Positions 26,944 to 35,287 of a stretch of 40,625 nucleotides of DNA are shown here, in pieces. The notes beneath the pieces were generated by a model, which worked only from the letters and a program-made list of their open reading frames with translations, was not told where the DNA came from and made no database searches. Within the stretch, counting starts at the first letter, position 1. Every line of letters begins with the position of its first letter. Source of the stretch: a virus (lineage: Duplodnaviria > Heunggongvirae > Uroviricota > Caudoviricetes); IMG/VR virus record IMGVR_UViG_2541047915_000011. One strand, 5' to 3'. The position numbers and the translations under genes are program-made.

Positions 26944-28716
26944 ATGACCATCACCACAGACACCACTCTTTTACACGACCCGCGTCGTCAGGCGGCACTG
27001 CTGTACTGGCAGGGGTTTTCCGTGCCGCAGATTGCCGCCATGTTGCAGATGAAACGCCCGACGGTGCAGAGCTGGAAACAGCGCGACGGCTGGGACAGCG
27101 TTGCCCCCATCAGCCGTGTCGAAATGAGCCTGGAAGCGCGGCTGACCCAGCTCATCATCAAACCGCAGAAAACCGGCGGTGACTTCAAGGAAATTGACCT
27201 GCTGGGACGCCAGATTGAACGACTGGCACGGGTAAATCGCTACAGCCAGACCGGCAACGAGGCAGACCTTAATCCGAACGTCGCTAACCGCAACAAAGGC
27301 GGGCGGCGCAAACCGAAAAAGAATTTTTTCAGTGACGAAGCCATCGAAAAGCTGGAGCAGATTTTCTTTGAGCAGTCTTTCGACTATCAGTTGCACTGGT
27401 ATCGCGCCGGGCTTGAGCACCGCATCCGCGATATCCTGAAATCCCGCCAGATTGGCGCGACATTTTATTTTTCCCGCGAGGCGCTGCTGCGCGCCCTGAA
27501 AACCGGTCATAACCAGATTTTTCTGTCGGCCAGTAAAACGCAGGCGTATGTGTTCCGCGAATACATCATCGCCTTTGCCCGGCTGGTTGACGTTGACCTG
27601 ACCGGTGACCCAATTGTCCTCGGCAATAACGGCGCAAAACTGATTTTTCTCGGCACCAACTCCAACACCGCGCAGAGCCATAACGGCGACCTGTACGTCG
27701 ACGAGATTTTCTGGATCCCGAATTTTCAGGTGCTCCGTAAGGTGGCATCAGGTATGGCCTCACAGAGTCACCTGCGCTCGACCTATTTCTCCACCCCGTC
27801 CACGCTGGCGCACGACGCCTACCCGTTCTGGTCCGGTGAACTGTTTAACCGGGGACGCGCCAGCGCCGCCGAACGCGTGGAAATCGACGTCAGTCATAAC
27901 GCCCTTGCCGGTGGGCTTCTCTGTGCGGACGGCCAGTGGCGGCAGATTGTCACCATTGAGGACGCCCTGAAAGGCGGCTGCACATTGTTCGACATTGAGC
28001 AGCTTAAACGCGAAAACAGCGCCGACGATTTTAAAAACCTGTTCATGTGTGAATTTGTTGACGACAAGGCGTCGGTGTTCCCGTTCGAGGAGCTGCAACG
28101 CTGCATGGTCGACACGCTGGAAGAATGGGAAGACTATGCGCCGTTTGCCGCGAATCCGTTCGGCTCCCGCCCGGTATGGATTGGTTACGACCCGTCACAC
28201 CGTGGCGACAGTGCCGGATGCGTGGTGCTGGCACCGCCGGTGGTGGCCGGTGGCAAATTCAGAATACTTGAGCGTCACCAGTGGAAAGGCATGGACTTTG
28301 CCATTCAGGCTGAATCCATCCGCAAACTCACCGAAAAATACAACGTCGAATACATCGGTATTGATGCCACCGGCCTCGGTGTCGGCGTGTTCCAGCTCGT
28401 GCGCTCGTTCTATCCCGCCGCGCGCGATATCCGCTACACACCGGAAATGAAAACCGCAATGGTGCTCAAGGCAAAAGACGTTATCCGCCGTGGCTGTCTG
28501 GAATATGACGTCAGCGCCACCGACATCACCAGCTCGTTTATGGCTATCCGCAAGACCATGACCAGCAGCGGACGCAGCGCCACCTATGAGGCCAGCCGCA
28601 GCGAGGAAGCCAGCCACGCCGACCTCGCCTGGGCGACCATGCACGCCCTGTTAAATGAGCCACTCACCGCCGGTATCAGCACCCCGCTGACATCCACCAT
28701 TCTGGAGTTTTACTGA
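26944..28716 (+). CDS. P: Terminase ATPase (large) subunit gpP (590 aa)
   Basis: MTITTDTTLLHDPRRQAALLYWQGF... from the ATG at 26944, preceded by a GAGGT Shine-Dalgarno. P2 P size. Confidence 0.9.
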   Translation: MTITTDTTLLHDPRRQAALLYWQGFSVPQIAAMLQMKRPTVQSWKQRDGWDSVAPISRVEMSLEARLTQLIIKPQKTGGDFKEIDLLGRQIERLARVNRYSQTGNEADLNPNVANRNKGGRRKPKKNFFSDEAIEKLEQIFFEQSFDYQLHWYRAGLEHRIRDILKSRQIGATFYFSREALLRALKTGHNQIFLSASKTQAYVFREYIIAFARLVDVDLTGDPIVLGNNGAKLIFLGTNSNTAQSHNGDLYVDEIFWIPNFQVLRKVASGMASQSHLRSTYFSTPSTLAHDAYPFWSGELFNRGRASAAERVEIDVSHNALAGGLLCADGQWRQIVTIEDALKGGCTLFDIEQLKRENSADDFKNLFMCEFVDDKASVFPFEELQRCMVDTLEEWEDYAPFAANPFGSRPVWIGYDPSHRGDSAGCVVLAPPVVAGGKFRILERHQWKGMDFAIQAESIRKLTEKYNVEYIGIDATGLGVGVFQLVRSFYPAARDIRYTPEMKTAMVLKAKDVIRRGCLEYDVSATDITSSFMAIRKTMTSSGRSATYEASRSEEASHADLAWATMHALLNEPLTAGISTPLTSTILEFY

Positions 28717-29735
28717 TGAGTAAGAAAAAAGGGAAAACACCGCAACCTGCGGCAAAAAAAATGACCGCCAGCGCCCCGAAAATGGAGGCATTCACCTTTG
28801 GTGAGCCGGTGCCGGTACTCGACCGCCGTGACATTCTGGATTACGTCGAGTGCATCAGTAACGGCAGATGGTATGAGCCGCCGGTCAGCTTTACCGGTCT
28901 GGCGAAAAGCCTGCGTGCTGCCGTGCATCACAGCTCGCCGATTTACGTCAAACGCAATATTCTGGCCTCGACATTTATCCCGCATCCGTGGCTTTCCCAG
29001 CAGGATTTCAGCCGCTTTGTGCTGGATTTTCTGGTGTTCGGTAATGCGTTTCTGGAAAAGCGTTACAGCACCACCGGTAAGGTCATCAGACTGGAAACCT
29101 CACCGGCAAAATATACCCGCCGTGGCGTGGAGGAGGATGTTTACTGGTGGGTGCCGTCCTTCAACGAGCCGACAGCCTTCGCGCCCGGCTCCGTGTTTCA
29201 CCTGCTGGAGCCGGATATCAATCAGGAGCTGTACGGCCTGCCGGAATATCTCAGCGCCCTTAACTCTGCCTGGCTGAATGAGTCGGCCACGCTGTTCCGC
29301 CGCAAGTATTACGAAAACGGCGCTCATGCCGGATACATCATGTATGTCACCGATGCCGTGCAGGATCGCAACGATATCGAAATGCTTCGCGAAAACATGG
29401 TTAAGTCGAAAGGCCGCAACAACTTTAAAAACCTGTTTCTCTATGCCCCACAGGGGAAAGCCGACGGCATTAAAATTATCCCCCTCAGTGAAGTGGCGAC
29501 GAAGGACGATTTTTTTAATATCAAAAAAGTCAGCGCCGCAGATCTCCTGGACGCACACCGCATCCCCTTTCAGTTGATGGGCGGTAAGCCGGAGAATGTC
29601 GGGTCACTAGGAGATATTGAAAAAGTGGCAAAGGTCTTTGTCCGCAATGAACTCATTCCATTACAGGAGAGAATAAAGTCAATAAATGAATGGTTAGATA
29701 TGGAAGTCATAAAATTCCTTGATTATAACTTATAA
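28716..29735 (+). CDS. Q: Portal protein gpQ
   Basis: 339 aa, start overlaps the P stop. P2 Q position, on the opposite strand to the capsid genes. Confidence 0.9.
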   Translation: MSKKKGKTPQPAAKKMTASAPKMEAFTFGEPVPVLDRRDILDYVECISNGRWYEPPVSFTGLAKSLRAAVHHSSPIYVKRNILASTFIPHPWLSQQDFSRFVLDFLVFGNAFLEKRYSTTGKVIRLETSPAKYTRRGVEEDVYWWVPSFNEPTAFAPGSVFHLLEPDINQELYGLPEYLSALNSAWLNESATLFRRKYYENGAHAGYIMYVTDAVQDRNDIEMLRENMVKSKGRNNFKNLFLYAPQGKADGIKIIPLSEVATKDDFFNIKKVSAADLLDAHRIPFQLMGGKPENVGSLGDIEKVAKVFVRNELIPLQERIKSINEWLDMEVIKFLDYNL

Positions 29736-29746
29736 GTAAATATATA

Positions 29747-29775
29747 AAGTTGGCGGAATGCAATCCCGCCAACTT
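29747..29775. terminator. Stem-loop between convergent Q and the 2-TM gene (possible bidirectional terminator)
   Basis: Perfect 10-bp stem AAGTTGGCGG / CCGCCAACTT with 9-nt loop. Flanking U-tracts are weak on both strands. Confidence 0.45.
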
Positions 29776-29867
29776 AACTATATATACTTCCTTTTTACTC
29801 TACTTAATTCTATCACTGATGAGGAGTGACAAAATGACAAATTAATAGTATCGATATAATCCAAAAT

Positions 29868-30485
29868 TTAACTCTCAACCTCAATAAAAATATTTTTGGG
29901 CCCATTACTAATCGATATACCGATTTCATCCAAAACAGCCATCATTTTTCTCTGATGAGTTTTATATTTATAGTCTTTATTTTCCTCTGTAATATGTGCA
30001 TTGGCTTCCTCAATAACACATTTGATTCTAGATATTATTTCTAGATAATCTCTCGAAACAGATATATCACCGCCTTGCGCTTCAGGGAACATAACCCTAT
30101 ACCATCTAAAAAAATTAACTTTCTCTGGATAGATGCTACTTCTTTTAGTTAACTCAGCACTTGCAAATTCTCTAAACATCGTCAGATGACTAGTGTAATT
30201 ACTATTATTATTATTTTTAACTCCAGCGTTATATGTCATCAAAGCAATCATAACACCAAAAACGGTAACAAAAGTTGTTATAAGCCATCCAAACGCCTGA
30301 AAATACATTACTATACCAGATGTTTTTTCCGCAAAAAATTTTAAGCACTGGCTATCGAAGCATATATCACGCTCATATAGCTTTTCATTCTGAATAGTTT
30401 CAAAAAGAGAAATTAGCGAAAAAATCAAAAAAAGAGCTGACGACACACCGACAATATATTTGAGAAGTCTAATATTTGCATTCAT
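29868..30485 (-). CDS. Small 2-TM membrane protein (205 aa), candidate effector partner of the adjacent reverse transcriptase
   Basis: ATG at 30483-30485 overlaps the RT stop (ATGA overlap). Hydrophobic helices at about residues 10-28 and 58-84. Strongly AT-rich. Confidence 0.7.
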   Translation of the reverse strand: MNANIRLLKYIVGVSSALFLIFSLISLFETIQNEKLYERDICFDSQCLKFFAEKTSGIVMYFQAFGWLITTFVTVFGVMIALMTYNAGVKNNNNSNYTSHLTMFREFASAELTKRSSIYPEKVNFFRWYRVMFPEAQGGDISVSRDYLEIISRIKCVIEEANAHITEENKDYKYKTHQRKMMAVLDEIGISISNGPKNIFIEVES

Positions 30486-31672
30486 AATGGTTTTAAAGAT
30501 GCCAATCTAGATTTAAAACACTCCAGTTTTTCTTTAAATGATTCAGAGCGAGTAAGAATAATCATCTTATATCTCGTCAAATCATATTTTCTTTTATACC
30601 AATGTTTATTTTGATTACCTTTCGAATACGACAACTCTAAACTTTTTATAGCTGCATCAATCACAGCAACATCTCTTTTAGATGGCATCGGTTTTATTGC
30701 CTGCAACTGTTTCTTGAATGATTCATATTTTTCATGCCCAACACGGCCAAGCTTATTCACTCTCCCCATACATCTATTGAATTCTTTTCTGTATGCAACA
30801 CTTGTTTTTGTGTTATTTTTTGCCGCCAGTAATTTCAAATTATGTATAGATGCCCTGATTCTTTTGACTTCATCGGATGGTAGTCGAGGTGAGTCATAGT
30901 CAACTCTTAAACCATGTACTTTTATAGGTTCAGATGAACAGTGAAATATTTTAGTTTTGTGCTTATTTATCGGCAAGTCATGCTCAGAAAGCATCCTCTC
31001 TATATGGCTTTGCATTTGAGAAAAATCATAATTACTTATTTTAGATGACACGGTAATATCATCTACCAAACGCGTATAAACAAGTCCTTTCCTCTGCGCA
31101 CGTCTTACCACATCCCCTTCAACAGCGAATAAACACAAAGTTGCTATATAGCTTGATGTTAAGGCCCCCTGTACGACAAAATCATCCTTAGTACATATAT
31201 CCACCAAGTATTCAAGAGCCTCATCCTTAATATGCAATATCTCCTCAAACACGCTCCTAACCAGATCTCTATGGATATTATCGAAAAAATTACTTATATC
31301 CACCTTGAGAACTGTTTTTGCTCCACAATGAGCCTTTGCACATGAAACATAGTCACGTTTGACATTAGAATTTAACACATCATTTTTACTGGGAACTGAA
31401 CCAAACAAAAATGAAGGAAAAACAACCAATTCCTTAAAGATACGTTTATTAATTCTACTCTGTAATAATCTCATTTTAGGATGCAGGGAGTAGACAATCC
31501 GTTTGCTTCCGTCAATTTTGGGAATTTCTTTTAGAGTATATTTCTCATCTAATGGTAATTCTGCAATAGCTTTAAGCTCTTCAACAGAAATCGATAAAGC
31601 CTTTGACAACTTTTCAAGTGTTGTGATAGGAGCATTGGATTTGCTGTATGGTTTAAATTTATCCATAAACAT
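30482..31672 (-). CDS. Reverse transcriptase, retron-like (UG/Abi-type not excluded). About 396 aa from the ATG at 31672; the ORF track extends to a TTG at 31756.
   Basis: RT motifs in order: IPKIDGSKRIV, CAKAH, VLKVDISNFFDNI, QGALTSSYIATL, LVYTRLVDDITV (catalytic DD), INKHKTKIF, IKVHGLRV, then a basic C-terminal domain of about 135 aa. Start is ambiguous; the upstream extension overlaps a structured inverted-repeat region. Confidence 0.8.
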   Translation of the reverse strand: MFMDKFKPYSKSNAPITTLEKLSKALSISVEELKAIAELPLDEKYTLKEIPKIDGSKRIVYSLHPKMRLLQSRINKRIFKELVVFPSFLFGSVPSKNDVLNSNVKRDYVSCAKAHCGAKTVLKVDISNFFDNIHRDLVRSVFEEILHIKDEALEYLVDICTKDDFVVQGALTSSYIATLCLFAVEGDVVRRAQRKGLVYTRLVDDITVSSKISNYDFSQMQSHIERMLSEHDLPINKHKTKIFHCSSEPIKVHGLRVDYDSPRLPSDEVKRIRASIHNLKLLAAKNNTKTSVAYRKEFNRCMGRVNKLGRVGHEKYESFKKQLQAIKPMPSKRDVAVIDAAIKSLELSYSKGNQNKHWYKRKYDLTRYKMIILTRSESFKEKLECFKSRLASLKPL

Positions 31673-31689
31673 ACCATTCAAATTCAAAG

Positions 31690-31820
31690 TTACGTACGGT
31701 CTTCCCATACTCAAGGGTGGAACAGCAGAGATGCTTACATCAACAATTGTCAGCAACAGCCTCTGCTATCTTTCGACCGTACGTAATGTCGTCGGCTACG
31801 GCACCATCGTAGTTGACGAC
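31690..31820 (-). repeat. Nested inverted repeats and hairpins in the RT leader (candidate structured RNA element)
   Basis: 12-bp perfect inverted repeat TTACGTACGGTC (31690-31701 and 31775-31786) enclosing a 7-bp inner repeat AGCAGAG/CTCTGCT. Adjacent hairpin at 31788-31820 with 13-bp imperfect stem GTCGTCGGCTACG / CGTAGTTGACGAC. Confidence 0.5.
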
Positions 31821-31997
31821 GGTGGGGCCTCGCTGATAGGTCCATAGTGGACGCTTTTTTGTAAAAGCAAAAACTGACAATTTAATGTTGTTGACTGCCG
31901 CATACCAAGCGAATCGCTGGTGCGCTAAGAATAATGCAACAAAAAAATAAGAATTTCAACCGGGTAACTGCAAGCCAGCGACATCGTTTAGCGCGCA

Positions 31998-32016
31998 GTG
32001 CTTTCCCCGCCTCGCC
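31998..32016. other. cos cohesive-end sequence (P2 type)
   Basis: Minus strand reads GGCGAGGCGGGGAAAGCAC, matching the 19-nt P2 cohesive end as I recall it. Lies between the RT and gene A. Confidence 0.7.
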
Positions 32017-32588
32017 CGCCCGCTTCATGTGGCGGTTTTAATGCAGTTGCATAGATACTATGGATCCGCACCAGCTCTGACCGCAAGCAGCTGGAACGGG
32101 CATCCCCGACGCATGCAAAAACATTCACTTGTTGCATGCACGGCTTATTTAATGACAAATCAACTTAAGCGTCACCGAAGCTCCCACAAAAAAAACGTAA
32201 CGCCATGATTTTAGTGATATTTATGACTTTTTTAATTGCTTATTTAAGTCCGCCATATTGAAACCGTGCATTTTTTAGCCACCAATAACTTTAAAAAATT
32301 TACATTGCTTTCAATACCTTATCATCCGTAGTCCCTGCTTTTTACTTTGAGCTATATCAAAAAAAGCTCAAACATCCTTGATGCAAAACCAGTATTACAC
32401 AACATAAAATGCAACCAGAAACAACGACATACTATATGTTGTGTTGTTCAGGCTCTCTGTTCGGTGATATGCCAGATCACTTTGCGTTTAAACAGAGCAT
32501 TATTTCAGGGCAAGACTTCGCTAAATAGTAACTCCGCCTTAGAAGCGCATATATCGGCGGAAATTGCCCTCTGCTTACAGGAGGAGAT

Positions 32589-32699
32589 ATGAAGAAGTGC
32601 TATTACTGCATTCTCGTTCTGGCCCTCTTTGGCTATCCATATGGTAGTCCAAGTGGTTTGTCAGTAAACGTCAGTAATATCCATGTAAGTATTATTCTT
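32589..32699 (+). CDS. Possible small hydrophobic protein (36 aa, MKKCYYCILVLALFGYPYGSPSGLSVNVSNIHVSIIL)
   Basis: AGGAGG Shine-Dalgarno at 32579-32584, ATG at 32589, stop TAG directly before the bidirectional terminator. Below the ORF-track size cut-off. Expression unverified. Confidence 0.3.
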
Positions 32700-32713
32700 T
32701 AGTATGCTTCAAA

Positions 32714-32745
32714 CAAAAAAACCACCTGCCAGGGTGGTTTTTTTG
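32714..32745. terminator. Bidirectional intrinsic terminator (ends the A operon on the minus strand and the small ORF on the plus strand)
   Basis: A7 tract, AACCACC / GGTGGTT stem with TGCCAG loop, then T7 tract. Confidence 0.6.
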
Positions 32746-33004
32746 CGCCTGTCATCATTCCGATGAAAGACTAGCAAGACTTCGCTCGAGATGAATTATG
32801 CTTCGACAAAAGGTCACTCGCAATGGTTTTATTAGCCGAAATAGATGCTCTTTTATGACTCGAATCAAATAGCTGCCTTAAATTACATGCTAGCGATTCA
32901 ATACAATTTAGCCTTCTACTTCAGCATGCTATTGCTCCTCATCTGCCTTAGAGGCGCTTCGCATAATCCATTCAAAGGCATATAAAATCACGCTGCATTT
33001 TTAC

Positions 33005-35287
33005 TCAAATGGGTAACAAAAATCCAGGCCACTCATCAGCGACCTGATAATTGAAAGATTTCCCGTAATAATTTACGGTCGCGCCACGCGCCAGCGCCTC
33101 AAGCTCCCATCGCTGCGGCCTGATACCGTTCTGAGCAAGGTCAACGCGGATACGGGTAATTTGCATTCTTTCCGACCGGGTCAGTCTGGCCGATGGTGCA
33201 ATTTCATGTGGTTTTAACGGGCTTCCGTTTCTTTGCTGACGATTTGGTGTTCTCAGGTCGTGTTTTAATGCCCCCCTGAGCGCCCTCACGACCTCCGTGT
33301 CATTCCATTCGATAACACCGTCATCAACCAGATTAAGCACTGCTGCGGCGTGTTCAGAAGGTGTGGGAGCCGGTAACGAAGTATCACCACCGGTGAGCTT
33401 TCCACAGTTATTGACAGGACTCCGAGGCGCGGCGATGCCGCTTTTTAAAGTCAAAGGCTCAACGACCGGAACTTTCGGCACAATGCGCCAGTCCGTCGTT
33501 CTGGTGATATGAATATGACGCGCGCCGAGATGCGGCGCGTAAATGCCGACCACTCTCTCGACTTCTTCCTCGTACTCGTTAACGTCATCCGACGGGCTAC
33601 GGGCGACCCTGACAGTCTGACAATCGCGCGGGACATTTGCCCCGCCCTGCGCGCTGATATACAACGCAAAATCACCACTGTCTGCAGCGGCGCGTGCAGC
33701 CTCGACGCGCTCGTCAAACTCATCAGCAATGCTGACGCCGCGAGGCAATTTGCGTAGTTCACGGTAAGCCCCCATTGTCGGCAGACCAACCGTTTTAAAT
33801 TGCGGAATGCGCCACGTTGACGCCCATGCGGTAACAGCCGCTGCAGTATCTTTCAGCGGCCTGCCGGTATCGTTATCGAGCTGACCATCCAGTGCATAGC
33901 CGTCGATGTTTTTTGAAATGTATTTCGCGATATACCCCGCAGCACCGCCCCGGTTAAGATGTTTTGCCTGAAAACGGTTTCGCGCAGCTCCTCTTTCGTC
34001 GCCATCCTCTTTGAGCGCGTAGCGACGCATGATTTCAATAATCTGGTTACGCTGGCGTGGATTACAAAAAAGCATCATATGCCAGTGCGGCGTTCCGTCG
34101 TGGTGTGGCTCGACGACTCGCAAACCGTAGACCTGTAAATCATTATCCTTGAATGCCGTGCGCATCAGGCTCCAGATACGGCAGAGATATCGCTGCGCAT
34201 CCTTTGGATTAAATGCCTCATCATTCCAGCCGTGATTAAGCTGGACGGTTTTACTTTCGCCTTTTCCGACCTGACGTGTCGGGTGATACTTTGACGGCGC
34301 GGTCAGCGTGATAAACATCCCCACATCGCCCTCTGCGGCGGCGTAACGCTCAATACCGGCAATGGTGTTCATCAGCTCCATCCGGCGAATTTCAGGATTA
34401 GAAATACTGCCCATAACCTTACTGATAAGGTCGATGCGCTCGCCGGTTTCCCTGTTTTCAAGGTCACACGATTTAAGAAATTCCAGATTTGCCTGGCGGC
34501 GCGCACGCACATCACGAATGGCATGTTTACTGGCATAAGGAGAACGGTCTTTATTCACCTCCCCGACAGCAATCAGTAACGCCTCATGCCAGCGCATACG
34601 CTGGCCTTTAAGCTGACTAATCCACCACTCATCGTTAAACAGGCGGGCAATGGCAGAATATGCCTGCCTCGTGGTCATCTGTCCTTTACGGTATTTTTTC
34701 CAGAAAAGCGGGGAAATATTGAAAGCACGTGCAGCGCCAGCAACATGACCATACAGATGCGCCTGCGCCTCATCTGTAAACAGCGATTCTTTCTCGCCAT
34801 GTGCATCAACCCAGGCATCGCAGAGTTCCTCATACATCATGAAAAGCTGCGATGAAATACGGGCGGCAAACTTTTTCAGCTCCTTGTCATTCATCCCCGG
34901 CAGACGCGCATAATGGTCACGCTCTGCCAGAAACAGCAACGACGCGTCGGTGTTCATTTCATGGCGCTGATTCACGCGCTCAATACGCGGCCATAAACGG
35001 CGCTGAAAAGTGGATGTGAGGAAATAAAACCCGTGTAGCGGGCTTTTATTGCGCCGTATGTAGTCATAACGTGAAGTAAACAGCGAGCGCAAAAAGTAAG
35101 GCAGGCGGTTAATCGTGGATAAAACACCTTGCACCTGACGCATCTCGTCACGTGTAAGGGGTCTTTCGCGCCCGACAGCCTCGCGTGGCGTATTCCATGC
35201 ATAAGCACCGGTAAACGCCTTACCGGTGCCTGCGGCAAACGCAGACGGAGGTACGCAGGTGTATTGCTCCTGGAAAGAATGACTCAT
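33005..35287 (-). CDS. A: Replication initiation protein gpA (rolling-circle initiator)
   Basis: 760 aa, P2 A size and position. Start overlaps the stop of the upstream PP-loop gene. Confidence 0.9.
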   Translation of the reverse strand: MSHSFQEQYTCVPPSAFAAGTGKAFTGAYAWNTPREAVGRERPLTRDEMRQVQGVLSTINRLPYFLRSLFTSRYDYIRRNKSPLHGFYFLTSTFQRRLWPRIERVNQRHEMNTDASLLFLAERDHYARLPGMNDKELKKFAARISSQLFMMYEELCDAWVDAHGEKESLFTDEAQAHLYGHVAGAARAFNISPLFWKKYRKGQMTTRQAYSAIARLFNDEWWISQLKGQRMRWHEALLIAVGEVNKDRSPYASKHAIRDVRARRQANLEFLKSCDLENRETGERIDLISKVMGSISNPEIRRMELMNTIAGIERYAAAEGDVGMFITLTAPSKYHPTRQVGKGESKTVQLNHGWNDEAFNPKDAQRYLCRIWSLMRTAFKDNDLQVYGLRVVEPHHDGTPHWHMMLFCNPRQRNQIIEIMRRYALKEDGDERGAARNRFQAKHLNRGGAAGYIAKYISKNIDGYALDGQLDNDTGRPLKDTAAAVTAWASTWRIPQFKTVGLPTMGAYRELRKLPRGVSIADEFDERVEAARAAADSGDFALYISAQGGANVPRDCQTVRVARSPSDDVNEYEEEVERVVGIYAPHLGARHIHITRTTDWRIVPKVPVVEPLTLKSGIAAPRSPVNNCGKLTGGDTSLPAPTPSEHAAAVLNLVDDGVIEWNDTEVVRALRGALKHDLRTPNRQQRNGSPLKPHEIAPSARLTRSERMQITRIRVDLAQNGIRPQRWELEALARGATVNYYGKSFNYQVADEWPGFLLPI

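Noticed and set aside
31676-31959. Possible retron a1/a2 flanking inverted repeats (about TTGAAATTC near 31951-31959 against GAATTTGAA near 31676-31684).
   Set aside because: Only 8 of 9 positions pair, in AT-rich sequence, which is not distinguishable from chance. Kept only as a hypothesis under the structured-leader finding.
32347-32592. 81-aa plus-strand ORF in the spacer between cos and the bidirectional terminator.
   Set aside because: No ribosome-binding site, low-complexity translation, and it ends exactly where the better-supported 36-codon ORF begins.
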